DNA of 64,000 nucleotides from assembly GCF_009914755.1 (NCBI RefSeq), contig NC_060930.1; one strand, given 5' to 3'. How positions within the stretch are numbered: the first letter of the stretch is position 1; each line of letters opens with the position of its first letter. Of this stretch, positions 24,880 to 41,550 are shown piece after piece. A program made the position numbers and the translations under genes. The notes under the pieces were generated by a model. That model saw nothing but the letters and a program-made list of their open reading frames with translations. It was not told where the DNA came from and did no database searches. This stretch comes from the human T2T-CHM13v2.0 reference genome, Homo sapiens.

Positions 24880-24990
24880 AGATTTTGGATCTTTATGCGT
24901 GGGCAGGTCCTAGAATCTGCATTTTTAATATAAATTCCAGGTGGTTCTGTTAAAAGGAAGTTTGAAGACCACAATTTGCAAAACAGTGTT
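24880..24990. mobile_element. MER5-type hAT fragment
   Basis: 'cctagaatctgcatttttaa...ccaggtggttctg...gaccacaatttgcaaaacagtg'. Confidence 0.6.
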
Positions 24991-25089
24991 AGTGGCAGCG
25001 AAATAATTTTTCAAGAGAGGATCTACATAAAATTTTAGGTATATTCAGTGTAGAATGAAGGTTAAACTTGAGAAATGTAGAAATGTAGC

Positions 25090-25250
25090 ATTATGAAATG
25101 TTCAGGCAGGGAGGGAAGATCATTCTAGCCTAATGCCTTCATTTCACACATGAGGAAATACAGGCTCTGAGAAGTGCCCAAAGGTTATATAATAAGTTTG
25201 TGGCAGAATCAGGGCTAAAAATAAGGTCTTAACTCCCAGTTCAAGCTCTT
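25090..25250 (-). mobile_element. MIR (MIRc/MIR3-like)
   Basis: 'ttcatttcacacatgaggaaatacaggctctgaga'. Confidence 0.65.
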
Positions 25251-26650
25251 CTCCTCTTCATGTTACATTCTAAAATGAAATAGTATTCAAAGAATTAGAC
25301 ATGTTCTTGTAGCTGTTTAACGTTTTATAAGGCTCTAGCATTTCTCATTGTTTTTCAAACTACAGCTCCAGTCTATTTAAACATTTTGGGAGAATAACAA
25401 AGGAGTTGATCTCCACAAAAGTAGAAAAGAGCATGGAAAAAATACAGCTGATAGCAGACAAGGTTTTCTCTGTGAAAAGATTTTAAACAATTATTTTATG
25501 TTTTAAATACCTGTAATTAAACCCCTTTCTGTAACCACTCCAGTCTCCTTTTGGCTTTTCCAAAATAAAATCTTTTTTCTGCACAGGAAGGTCAGATTGT
25601 GTCTTGTTGATTCACACCTGATGAGCAAAGTGCATGTATCATGAATGCTAACACCCATTGTTATTATTTTCAAGAACCAGGTATTAAGTGCCTACGATGC
25701 CAACATGGAAAAACAACCCTTTGACAGACTTTTCTTCATTTTTGTTAAACTCTTCTGCATTTCTATAGGATAAAAATCTATTTCAAAGCTGTGCTGCTGG
25801 CAGTTTTACATGAAATGTATTTTAAACATGACAGTTGTTTTCATGTGGAAAAATACAAACATGGCTAACATATAAAATGATTATACAAATTGCGCAGGAC
25901 TGATTGCTTAGAATATTCACTATTCCAAACGTTCTGTTTCTTAAAGGGAAATATTCATCAGAAAATAAATTGCATATTTAGAACTTGAAATCCGACTTTT
26001 TTTATAAAAAGAAATAAGTTTCTACTTCTTCACAAAGAAGACAGTGAACATATTGGAGTAGAAAAACACTAATGTTGCAACCAGGTGACAGAAGGTCTAG
26101 TGTAGCTGCTCTGAACAAATTTTAACTTCAGTTTGCTCAGGTGCAAAATGCAGGTGATATTCCAACCTATCTGACAGACTATTAAAAGACTTGTATGAGC
26201 TTATAATTGTGGGATGATTAATAAGAAATTATTATTTAGTAACTGATATGTTTATCTGCAGTGAAAATAGTATGAAGAATATTATAATGTGAAATAAGGA
26301 GGAAATGATTACAATACTTAACATAAAATATTACCTATTTCTGGTGAAAGAGCAGTACAACTTTTGCAAGCACAGCATTACATAAAGCATTTCAGTAATG
26401 TTATTCAGTTTGCTTCCCCAGGGTCTTGAAACCAGCTCATAGGTGCTGACTTGTTCCAACCTCAAAATCTTCATTCTAGGCAGAAATTAAACCAAGTCAA
26501 AGGAGACAGACATACTCAGAGAAGGGGAAAATATCTAGAGATAAACGATTATGATACTCTCTCTGATAGCCCATCAATTCCTTATATACAAATCTTAGGT
26601 GATTCTGATACCCAACTAGGTTTGGAACCAAAGTTGTAGATGGTCTAATA

Positions 26651-26814
26651 CAGTAATTCTCAATCTCTGATGCATATTAAAATCAAGAGGAGAATTTATT
26701 TAAAAAATAGAAGCTTCACACACCCAGATATTTTATTGACTTGAGCATCAGAATTTGTTTTAAAAGTCTCCAGTTATTGTATTAATAATGTGCAGCCAGG
26801 ATCGAGAACAACTG
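26651..26814. mobile_element. MER5A hAT-Charlie MITE
   Basis: TIR-like ends cagtaattctcaa / tcgagaacaactg; internal 'gcatattaaaatca' and 'atgtgcagccagg'. Confidence 0.7.
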
Positions 26815-26837
26815 ATCTAAGGTATTAAATAAGGAAG

Positions 26838-26928
26838 AGTTATTCCCTTCTGGAGGAGAGGGGCTCAGTTTCCTTAATTCTTTATTCATTGAGGAAACTG
26901 AGCTCCTTTCCTCCAGAAGGGAATAATT
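26838..26928 (+). other. Bulge-free hairpin: 41-bp stem, 9-nt loop
   Basis: 26838-26878 pairs with 26888-26928: 37 Watson-Crick pairs and 4 G-U pairs on the + strand. The structure is certain; function is unknown. Confidence 0.95.
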
Positions 26929-26959
26929 AAATTTCTGTAAGCATGCATAAATATGAATA

Positions 26960-27480
<521 letters not shown>

Positions 27481-29374
27481 TATAATCTGGTTTTAAAATC
27501 AGAAAATGTTGACTTCTGAATCTGTAGAACTGAAGATAATACTATGACATGATACTGCAATTCTACCTCATGCTTCAAAAGTTGCCCTGTGTACCAAAAA
27601 ACTGTCAAGACTGCTCATGATGGACACTAAAACTATAAAAGTGTTTTGAAAGGAATATTGCAAAAAATAAGAGTAATCTTGGATTTCTTTTAACTTGTGT
27701 TTGTTTCAAATTACAGAATTGTACTCACTATTGCAAAAGTCCTGAAAAATTACTTGAGAATGCCTATTAGTGATGGTTATGGAATATGCAGTCTTTCCCG
27801 GATATCTTTTTAGTTACTTTTTTAACTACCAAAATATATTCTAATATGTCACTACTTCTCCAATTTCAGGGATACCCATTCACTTAAAGGCCTCAGCATC
27901 TACCATCTGAATTAGCTCAAAGTCTCCTTTCTGATTTTCTTTCCTGTAATCTCTTATCTCATGCAATTCATTATGCATATTATGAAATCAGTCATTCTGA
28001 AACACTATTGTGAAATGTTTTCAATGTCAAGTGTTATCAGTTTTGCTATGAATAATTTTATAGTATCCATTTATTTTTTTCCTTTTCAAAGTTTATCAAA
28101 GTACTACATGTAAATAATTTAAGAATAAAAAAAAAATCACAAAGCTTACAGCTGTCTCTTAAATCATCTCTTCACATTCTTACTGCTTCCCAGAGGACAT
28201 CTCTTTCAACTATTTTGGTTAGCTGTTTTCTCCTGGTATTATTTGAATTAATATGTTTATACCACTACTTCTAGATTTCTCAGTATTGGACATTGCCTAT
28301 TGATTTCTACTCTAAAGGATTGGATGTTGCCTATTGCTTTTCTACTCTAAAGGATGAAGATTTTGCTCAGCTCTACAGTCTGCCTCTTCCTGCAATAAAT
28401 GTTGTAGAGACTGGGGATATACCCGTGAACAGAACAAAGTCCCCAGTACTTATGAACTTACATTGCGGTTTGAGAAGGTAAAATAACTAAATAACATAAA
28501 TAACTAAATAACTGAATTATATAATTCCAGAAAGTGAACCATAATATGAAAAAAAGGAAAGAAAAAAAGACAATGGGAAAGGACACAAGTCTCTTTCCTC
28601 CCTCTACCCAATATAGCTGTAATAAAACGTTTGATGTTTTCACCGATATGACTAGATAACTACTTGACACTGAAGCATATATCGTACTATAATTACCTTT
28701 CATTTATTGTACAACTATTTCTTTTCTCTGAGACTGTAATTTTATTTGCATTTGATTTGTTTTCCATGTACTGAGAACTAATTCATTCCTATCATTCTGC
28801 CAAAACTATAAAACTTCTCTTGATGTGGTCAAACACAACAGTTAATTCTGTTTTTTTTTTCTCCTTCTCCTTTTCTTCCTCTCTCATCATTCCTCCCAGA
28901 TACCTCTGTCCTCCTGCTCCAGCCTTTTCCAGTAACTTTCCAGGCCTGCAGCATAGCTGTCATGTGCAAGCCCCCCTTCATTATCTTCCTAGGATTTCCC
29001 TCTGCCTCTCCCCTGGGTGCATCACCTTTACCAGCTCCCACATCTTCCTCTTTCTTGATTTAGCCCTCCAGTGGCCTCTTGAAAAGGGGTGCACATGAAG
29101 TAAATTTATACAAACTTGAGTGACTGAAAATGTTTTTATTCTACTCTTATCCTTGATAGGTAGCCTGGGTATAGGATTCTAAGTTGGAAATAATTTTTTC
29201 TCAGAAATCAGAGACATTGCTTCATTGCCTTCTGGATTTCAGTATTGCTATTTGGAATTCTGATGTCATTCTTGTTCCCAGTCCTTGGAATGTGACCTAG
29301 TTTTTTTTTCACTGGAAGTCTTAGGGTTCTAAAATTTCAAAATAATTTAGCTTGCACAAGGCCTTTTTTTAATG

Positions 29375-29620
29375 GAGAGGCAGAAATGTGTGGTGATTAC
29401 AAAAACAGATTCTAGAGCCAGAGTTCTAGGTTCATCACTTAAATAGCTCTATAATTTTGGATGGGTTACTCAATATCTCTGTGCTTCTGTTGGCTGCTAA
29501 AGGAGCCGACATCATAGGGTTTGGGGAAGGATAGCAGCAATATTTAAAAATGTCTAGAATAGTGCCTGGCACATAGCAAGCCCCCTGTAAACACTAGCTA
29601 TTAATATTAGTTATTATTAT
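29375..29620 (+). mobile_element. MIR
   Basis: 'gattctagagccagag...agaatagtgcctggcacatag'. Confidence 0.8.
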
Positions 29621-29810
29621 TTATTATGTTGAGAATTTAGCAGACTTTCAATTTGGAAACTCAGATTTTCACAGCTCAGAAACCTACATGTGTTATTTCT
29701 TTAATAATTTTCTCCCCTTCATTTTTTTAATACTTTTTTTCTGGAATCATTATTAATTGAATTTCCTCAATGTTATGTTTCAATCTATCATATTTAAAAT
29801 ATCAATATCA

Positions 29811-30100
29811 GGCCAGGTGCGGTGGCTCACACCTGTAATCCCAGCAGTTTGGGAGGCTGACATGGGTGGATCACCTGAGGTCAGGTGTTCGAGACCAGCC
29901 TGGTCAACATAGCAAAACCACGGTCTCTACTAAAAATATAAAAATTAGCCAGGCATGGTGGTGGTAATCCCAGCTACTTGGGAAGCTGAGGCAGAAGAGT
30001 CACTTGAACCCGGGAGGTGGAAGTTGCACTGAGCCGGATCACACCACTGCACTCCAGCCTGGGAGACAGAGTAAGACTCTGTCTCAATAAATAAATAAAT
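29811..30100 (+). mobile_element. AluS
   Basis: Sense dimer with (AAAT)n tail; TSD aatatcaat. Confidence 0.95.
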
Positions 30101-30281
30101 AGAATCAATATCAATATTTTTATTTTTTATGCGTGTATTTATAATACCTGTATATATATGCATATATACACACACTTATATATATATTTATGTATTTATA
30201 CACAAGTATAGATACAAACATTTTAAACTGGATGCATGTTTTTCTCTTTTCTTTCTGAGGATATTTATTATAGGTTTGTAA

Positions 30282-30689
<408 letters not shown>

Positions 30690-31030
30690 TAGTGATTCTT
30701 ACTGGTGATTCTTGGCAGTTTATTCATATATAAAAAGGAGGCTTTTAAGCTATGGGACTTCTCAACTGGTGAGACTTGCTTTAGGAAAGTTGAGTTGGGT
30801 TAAGGATTCCCTGAAGAGGCAGCTGGGCTTCCCTAAATATCAATTTCTGTGTATCTTTGATTTTGAGCTTGTCAGTTATTTCCAGTTTACTTCTTGCCTA
30901 GGGGTATTAAGTTTTGCTACCAGTGTTTTGTGAGCAGAATTAGGATAGAGGGTAACTGTTTTTCATGCAGACTCTCACCCAATCCCCTTGTGTTCAACAT
31001 GGTGTCCCCTAGTCCCAGCTCTCCACTCTG

Positions 31031-31204
31031 TCTAGGGTGAATCCAGGTTTTGTGGGCCTAAAGCTTATAGTCTTTGGGGGGCCCTCTTCCAGACCAAAAA
31101 AAAATAAATAAACTATGAATGCAAAATTAAATACAGGAACTTGGAAGGGACCAGTGCAAGTGGAGGGCCTATGCTTCATTCGCTTCATGGTAAAACTGAC
31201 TCTT
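31031..31204 (-). mobile_element. MER53 hAT MITE
   Basis: 'atccaggttttgtgggcctaaagcttata...gtgcaagtggagggcc...gcttcatggtaaa'. Confidence 0.85.
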
Positions 31205-31794
31205 CATCCTGATTCCTACCAGGGTCCCAGAGGAGTGGTATCTGACTTTGTTGGCTGAAGAGGAGATCTGGGAGTTCTATACTGCTGCTTACAGTCTTCT
31301 CATCAATTCTCTTCTTTTTAGTGCTATCCCATACCCTGGTTCTTCACGAGGAACCAGTGTCTTCAAGTCCCAAAGCTTTATGGCCCTTAAAGTTTAATGG
31401 GAGTGCTTCTGTTGGGGCATCTGACACTGCAGGCAGTTAGGCTTCAGTGATCTCTGCTGAGCTGTCTTTTATCACTCATTCATTATTTCCCATCATCTAA
31501 AATGTGTGGCTATCTCTTAGCTGCTGTTATTCCCCACCCTGTTCTCTTTGTTCTCACAGTGGTTTTATTCCTTTGCTGCCATTTAAGTGGGGGTTTTAGG
31601 AGAGCACAGAACTAAACAAACAGGTTCAGTTTGCCATGTTTAATCAGAAGTCTCATTCTATCTTTGAATATTTTTATGTTTGTCATTAAATCCAATATTT
31701 TATTGCCACTTAGATGAATTTATTATACAACTCAGCATTTGTTGTACTACATATTTAAGAAATATATACTGTACTTCAATATTCTCATAAACTG

Positions 31795-32171
31795 TTGTTT
31801 TTTGTTCTTTTGTTTTTAATATCAATAGCTTAAGGGGTACATGTGGTTTTAATTATATGGATGAATTGTATAGTGGTGAAGTCTGGGCTCTTAGTGTAGT
31901 CATCACCTGAGTAGTGTACATTGTACCCAGTAGGTAATTTTTCATCCCAGACTCCTTTCCCACCCTCCTTTCTTCTGAGTCTCCAATGTCCATTGTGGCA
32001 CTCTGTATGCCTTTGTGTACCCATAGGTTAGCTCCCACTTACAAGTGCAAACATTCTGTTTTTCGTTTTACATTCCTAAGTTACTTCACTTAGGATAATC
32101 GCCTCCAGTTCTTCCAAGTTGCTGCAAAAGACTTTATTTCACTCTTTTTTATGGCTGAGTAGTATTCTATG

Positions 32172-32208
<37 letters not shown>

Positions 32209-32767
32209 AATGGGCACTTAGGTTGATTTTTTAATCTTTGCAATTGTGAATTGTGTTGCAAGAAACATATGAGTTGCAAGCGTCTTTTTGATATAATGAC
32301 TTCTTTTCCTTTAAGTAGACACCCAATAGTGAGATTGCTGGATTGAATGGTAGGTCTGCTTTTAGTTCTTTGAGAAATCTCTCTACTGTTTTCCATAGTG
32401 GTTGTACTAATTTACATCCCCACCAATAGTAGAAAAGCATTCCCTTTTCACTGCACCCACATTGATATCTATTGTTTTTTGTCTTCTTAGTAATGGCCAT
32501 TCTGACTGGGGTAAAGTAGTATCTCATTGTGGCTTTAATTTGCATTTTCCTGATGACTAGTGTTGTTGAGCATTTGTTCATGTTTCTTGGCCATTTCTAT
32601 ATCTTCTTTCGAGAAATGTCTACACATGTCATTTATCCACTTTTTAAAGGATTTTTTTTCTTGTTAATTTGTTTCAGTTCCTTATAGATTCTAGAATTAG
32701 TTCTTTGTCAGATATATATAGTTTCTCAATATTTTCTCTCTGTAGGTTGTCTATATACTCTGTTGAT
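31795..32767 (-). mobile_element. L1PB3/4-like 3' fragment containing (TG)n at 32174-32206
   Basis: 'ggatgaattgtatagtggtgaagtc'; minus-strand ORF2 C-terminal-like peptide at 32231-32581. Confidence 0.9.
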
Positions 32768-33029
32768 AATATGGTGTTTCTTTTTAGGCAATAAACCAAC
32801 ACTTACTAGATCAACAATCTAGTGTGTTCTCATATTAATCATATTTTAGAAAGAAGAATATTCAAGAAAATGTCTATATTTTTTAAAAACAAAATTACAA
32901 AATAATGCATGTTAGTAAAGGAGCTTGTAAAAAAAATTCCCTATGTTTTGTGGAAAAAAATTTTGCCTAGTTTATTCTTCTAGATAATGTTTGATAATGT
33001 TTGTTAAATATATAAATGTGCCAAGAAAT

Positions 33030-33290
33030 AGTCCTATTTCATCCACTATGCTTCTTGGAACCGCAGATTTGCAAGAAAACTTCAATAAGTACAGTGTAAA
33101 AAAGAGATATGTAGTCAAGTAAGTTTTCTAAACTCTGAGTTCAATGAAATCAAACAGTTTTTTTTACATCAAGACTTCTTAGAGCCTTAACTACAATATT
33201 CACAGTGAGTCTTTAAAGAGGGAATAATTATTAGTATTTTCCAAACTTATTGTACTACCAGTCCTATTTAAGCAGCACACTATTAACTCC
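33030..33290. mobile_element. hAT-Charlie-type non-autonomous relic (subfamily not assigned)
   Basis: 'gtcaagtaagttttctaaac...gacttcttagagcctt...ttttccaaactta', with internal inverted similarity. Confidence 0.4.
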
Positions 33291-34511
33291 TTACAAAACA
33301 AATTACATCAAGATATAGTTTGAAAATTTTTTTAATCAACAGCATGTTTTCTAATTCTGTTGAAAGACCTAATTTTCATCCTATGAAAGACCTAATTTTA
33401 ATCCTGAAGGGTAATTGTAGTTCTTCCATTATCAATTCCATTCTAGATCCTGATCTCTTATGCTTACTCTTACTTGAAACCCTTAGGAATATCAGTTTGA
33501 CCATCTTCCTTGAGGATGTAAATAATACAGGAGGAAATGAAAAGCTCGTGTCAGAGAAATTTTAATATTAGAGTTATTGGGGAGAAGCAGGGATGAATAA
33601 AGGATAACAGTGGGATGGTGAGGCAAAAGCTAGGTCACCCCAAATAGTCCTGAGCTGAAGAGCTTGCTTATACCTTAGGATCAGGGTTAATTTTAAGGCA
33701 GAATCAGATAGATAAAGAGGTAACACCAAAGATAGTCATTAAGTCTCTCTCCTCCCTCTGTTCTCTCTCTAATCTTTAGTGTTTGCCAAACTTTCTCTCT
33801 GCACATATTAAACATTCAGATTTTGTGGCCAAGGCCTCAGACTGATGGAAGCAGAGTATGCGGAAAAGATGATTCTTAGGACTGGCAGGGTTAGAAAATA
33901 CTGCCCACTAAGACACCACTGTGTGTGTGACTTGCCTTGCTATTTCTGATCCTGGCCCTCACATCCATAATTATTCTGCTGGAGAATTTGAACTCAACTT
34001 CTGTCATATGTGTTTGCTTAGCTTTGGATTCTGGTCACACAGTTTCTGAGCCCATTATCTCATCTTGGTTCTGGTTTTTCTCTCTCTACTTAATATTTCA
34101 GATTGGCATTAAACCGAGTGAATTCCCTTTCTGATTAATCTTGCCAGAGCAGCCCAGAAAAAAATGATCTCAATACCTTCTCCTAATATTTGAGGGAATT
34201 GGATGTTAAATAGATTCACAGTAACTGAAGAATAGTTGTGGAAGGGAATTTTTAAAAATAGTTAACACAGAATTCAAAAAGTACAAAAAAAGCAATAACT
34301 AAGAAGTATAATTCTTCTGTCCTGTTTCTGCCAGCTACAAAGTTCTCCTGCATGAAGGCCACTGGCATTTTATGAATTGTTCTGGAGATACTCTAATGAG
34401 TTTACAAACATTTGTGTAATATTTGTGTGTATATTTCTTTTACACAAACGTATCATGCCATCTACTCTGCTCTGCATGTTGTTGTTGTTTTACATAATTT
34501 ATCTTAGAGAT

Positions 34512-35636
34512 TGTTATAGATTGAATTGTATCCCCCTAAAAAGTATCTTGGAGTCCTAACCTCTAATACCTCAGAAAGTGACCTTATTGGAAATAAGTTT
34601 GTTGCAAATGTAATTAGTTAAGATGAGGTCATACTGGAGTAGGACGGGCCTTCAGTCCAATGTGACTAGTGTCCTTATAAGAAGAGACAGAGACATAGAG
34701 GAGGAATGCCATGTAACAACAGAGGTGGAGATTGGAGTCATGCAACTGCAGGCCAAGGAACCCCAAGGCTTGCTGGCAAATTACCAGAAGCTAGGAAGAG
34801 GCAAGGAAGGATTCTCACCTACAGGTTTCAGAGGGAGCATGGCACTACCAACACCGTGATTTGGGACTTCTGTTACAGTAGGTAGCTAGTCAGGCATGAG
34901 AAGGGCAGGAGAGGGCCCCCCACCACCATGAATGTCAGACAACCATCAGGTGATGATCAGGCAGTTGTTAACTGTCTCTCTAAAATAATAATTGGTTACA
35001 GCCAGTGCCAGGGAAAGGCAGTCTCCTTATGCATAGAAAAAACCTGAAACTGGTGATCAGCAGCTTCCTGGTATGTATCAGGAGTCGGGCAAGTAGGTTC
35101 AAGCATGCACATTAAGAGGCAAAATGGCGAAGTTTAACTGGTATATGACCTTCCAGGGACATGCCACCAGTAAGGGAAGAATGCCTCAAATGAGCATGTT
35201 CACCTCCCGACTGCTAGCAGACCACTGTGCATGAGGACAGCCCATCCCAAAGGAGGAATCAGGGAAGAAGGGACACAAAACTCCAGAAGCATGCCAATTT
35301 ATAAAACCCCAAGTCAAAAGGTCAAAACACACACTTGTCTTTCAAGTCGCCCACTTGGCCCTCTTCCAAGTGTACTCTCTCTTTTGTTCCTGCTCTAAAG
35401 CTCTTTAATAAACTTTCACTCCTGCTCTAAAATGTGTCTTGGTCTCTCCTTCTGCCTTATGCCCCTCAGTCGAATTCTTTCTTCTGAGGAGGCAAAAATT
35501 GAGGTTGCAGCAGACCCATATGGATTCGCCACCAGTATCACTTCTAGCCTTCAGAACTGTAATACAATAAACTTCTATTATCTTAACCCACACAGTTTGT
35601 GGGATTTTGTTTCAGCAGCCTTAGGAAGTGAATACA
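34512..35636 (+). mobile_element. MLT1B/C solo LTR inserted in an old L1M 3' relic (about 34250-35990); interrupted by MER50
   Basis: 'tgttatagattgaattgtatcccc...ggaagtgaataca'; perfect TSD gagat. Confidence 0.9.
34871..35540 (+). mobile_element. MER50-like ERV1 solo LTR
   Basis: 'tgttacagtaggtagctagtcaggcatgag...accagtatca'; 4-bp TSD cttc; TATA-like 'ttataaaa' near 35299 and AATAAA near 35407. Confidence 0.85.
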
Positions 35637-37514
35637 GAGATCTTTCCATATTAATAGAGAAGTGTTTCATTCTATTTGACAGCTGCACAGTACTCTATTG
35701 TATGGTTGGGCCATAACTTATCTACTGGATAAATAAGTTATGGACATTTATGTGATTTTTAAACTTTTGTCATTAAAAACAATGCAGAAAGTGAGCAAAT
35801 TTGTACATGTGTCAATTCACATGAGTGAGACTATCTTGAGCTAAATACCTAGGGGTAGTGAATAATCAAATTGAAATAAGATGCTTTGCATGTGAACAAG
35901 TGAAGAATTATTGTGACTTGAGTAACCCTAAGTTTCCACAGAGGTTATAGTAAAATTGTGTGCCAGCCAATAATCATGCTAAGTAGGATGACTTTGTCTT
36001 GTCTCCTCTCCCATCCCTCCCCAAAATTGTTTGCCGGCTATGTAACCTTTTAGATAAGCCTCTGTTCTCTCCGGATCTCTGCTGCAGTTGAATTTCTAAT
36101 GTTCTATTACCTAACATCTTAGGGTGGTTATAAGGATCAAATTTTTAAAAAGTTTGTGAAAGCAATTTCCCTACATAAAGACAGGGATTTGCCATTGTCT
36201 TTGGTGTAAAGCAATGTTTGATAACTTTATTATGCCTTTCATCCACATCCTATCCACAAACACTTGTTCTGGGTTATAGACCTGCTTCTCATATTTATGT
36301 TTACTATGTTTCACTACATAGTAATTTATTAGTCTTCTCCTTTATATTTGCCCACAACAGTATAGTATCTTTCCTACAAATGATACAACCTAATAAATAT
36401 TTATTCAGTGTTGTTTTAGACTAAATGTTTCATCAGTGAAATTTTTTTATTTCCTAAAATGGCCTGAGCATTTACTTTAGAGTACAGTTTCCATGAACCA
36501 CTTTTTCCCTCTTTCTTCTCTTTTCAGATTAGAATAACTGTTGGGAATACATTTTTAACCAATGGATTGAAAAAAATCAGTACAAGATCTATTTAATTGT
36601 CACAGCAAGTCCATGATGAGGGCTGCACAAAAGAAGGAGGTAATTTGTTTTCTTGGATCATGAAGACTTTTCTTTTCTAGGCAGGGTTTAGAATTGGGAC
36701 CCTGGTCACATGATTATTATTCTTAGTATCCTCAGCCCTCTAGCCTGCCAAGAATTGTCAGAGTTAAGAATATGCTGTTGTTTATATGATAAAATTGGTG
36801 AAGTGCTAGGAAGAGTTCTAAGTCTTCATACATCTCTCCTAGATCATTCCTAGGTACTTAAAATTCCTACCTTCAGAGTCAGTGCTTTTGTGAATTCTCT
36901 CCCACAAATGTAAATAGCCTGAAGGGATTTCATAATCAACCATTTTCAGTCATCAGCAACTCTGTGTGAATTGGCCCATTAGATTCTTTTCCTGCTGACA
37001 ACGGATGGCCAGGAAGAAAGTGTGAATTCAACAGAGAAGTTTCACAGAAATGAGCTGTGCTCAGCCTTTGCCATAAGAGGGCAAAGTAAGTCCAGTGACA
37101 TGCATTTCACTCAGTCTTCTTCTCTTTCTACTGACTGAGCCCGGAGCCTTTGAGGGAGGAAGTCCAGGGATTGGAGGGGTATAGAGATTGAGCTAAAAGG
37201 ACCTTCTTCATTGGCCTGCAGGCTCAACTCTTCGGCAAAATCGTGAAGAAGTAGCTGTTACATTTTTCTAAACTTTCAGTTTGACAAGCATAAGGATTAT
37301 TTTGGCAAAGCTCAAAATGATACCTGGCAGTCAAAATGGTTCATCACACCTCTTTAAAACATAATGTTGGGAGTGGCTGTTTTCTGAACCAAGTTACTTA
37401 CTGAAAGTATTCTGTACTTTCCAGCCATTTTCCCTTTTTCTCATTTCTGTGGCCATTGTGGGGCTGCTGATCTCCATGTACTCTGGTAGGGGCTACTTTT
37501 TTTTAAAAGGAATC

Positions 37515-38450
<936 letters not shown>

Positions 38451-39049
38451 CTCCACATCCTCAGCAGCATCTATTATTACCTGTCTTTTTGATATAAGCT
38501 ATTTTAATTGCAGGAAAAGGATATTTAACTTTGCTGAATATTTTAAGGCCAACAGGAATCAGTGTTTTCCATTGTACCCTACTGGTAGCTTGAGATTTGT
38601 CTGAAAGATTGACTGCCTGCCTTGTTCTCTCTCTCTCCCCACAAACCCCTCACCCCTCCACTGCCACACACACACATGCCTTTCTGATTCTCACATGACT
38701 AGAAAAACTGTTAGAAAGAGCTGATATCCCATCTAGGTAAACCTGCCTGGACTCTTGGCTACATTTTTCAAGAATTAGCTTTCATTTCACAAGCAATAAA
38801 AAATTATAAATTGAAAGCACCTCATGGAAGAAGCATTCACTTTTCTTGAGAACAGCCAACAAAGTGTAGGTGTTTTCATAAATTAGATTCACTCAAAGAT
38901 GTTTCAATCCAAATATTACTCTGTTATTGATTTATTGAACTTGTCATATTATCTCGTTGTGAAATTTTTCTTTTACGAAAAAATTTTCTCTAAATAAAGA
39001 AGCCTCCTTTTTCAATAACAGTATTATTTTTATTAAGTTACTGACTCCT

Positions 39050-40500
<1,451 letters not shown>

Positions 40501-40539
40501 CTATATAACAGTTATGTTTTGTGAAGATCCTCTATCTTC

Positions 40540-40790
40540 TAATACTTACATGGTGTTTGCTATTTATGAGACATTATTCTAAATGCTTTAGCTATATTAC
40601 CTAATTTAATCGTCACAATCTTCCAAAGTAGATGAAGTTATTATTCAGATTTTATAAATGGGGAGACAGTCATACAGAAGTGACCTTACTTGCCCAAATT
40701 TATGCTGCTAATAAATGGCAGTGCCAGCAGTGCTAGAATTAGACTGCAGGCAGTTTGACTTTAAATCCATGCTCTTAACCACTGCACTTC
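40540..40790 (-). mobile_element. MIR
   Basis: 'atttaatcgtcacaa...ttttataaatgggga...atgctcttaaccact'. Confidence 0.7.
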
Positions 40791-41389
40791 CTTGTGTTTC
40801 CTTTTGATCTACTTCTATGTATTACACTCAAGTTCTAATTAGTTTTTCCATTATAGCTATAAAAATATAGTAGATAACTAAATTCACAAACTTATAGATG
40901 TGAATCTGGAACTAAGTTCATTTCTCTGCCTCATCCAACCCCTCATCTAATTCTAGAGCACTTCAGAATCAAAATTAACTTAGAGTTTGAGGAGAAACTG
41001 AAGAGTTAATTGTCTACTGATCCAGTGGTATGTGAGATGCAACCAGCATGGCTCCTATAGCTTGAAGCCAAATAGGCTTCTGGAGTAGGATCTGGACCAC
41101 TTGGAGAATATTAGCCCTGTCATTTTGGACCATGAGCAGTATTGAGTTGAAAAGATAAGGCTGTAAGGCAGGACAAAACATAATTTGGAGCTGCCATATA
41201 GGACAAGGCGAGTAGATGGTCAAAGAGACGTCCACATGGAGGAATTAAAGTCAGCAAACATAAAGGGGTCAAGCATGCAGAGACACTGAGAGTCAATGTG
41301 GGTCATGAGAGCAGACAAGCAGAGAATGTGTGCCAAAGACAAATGTGCCCTCCAAATCATGATAAACACAATGTCAGATGTCTTACACT

Positions 41390-41550
41390 CTGTGGTAGAG
41401 TGGAGGTTTTTAAAATGGGTGTCAGAAAACCTGCATTATAACTTAGTTCTACCATCAATCAGAAGTGTGATCTTGGACAAGCTATTTAAACTATCTGGAG
41501 CTCACTTTTCTCATCTTTAAAATTAGGGATTTCAATGTGGTGACCTCTGA
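41390..41550 (+). mobile_element. MIR
   Basis: 'tgtgatcttggacaag...ctcacttttctcatctttaaaat'. Confidence 0.7.

Noticed and set aside
33560-34140. Possible ancient LTR (also 41020-41350)
   Set aside because: LTR-like composition only; no termini, TSD or family match that I can support.
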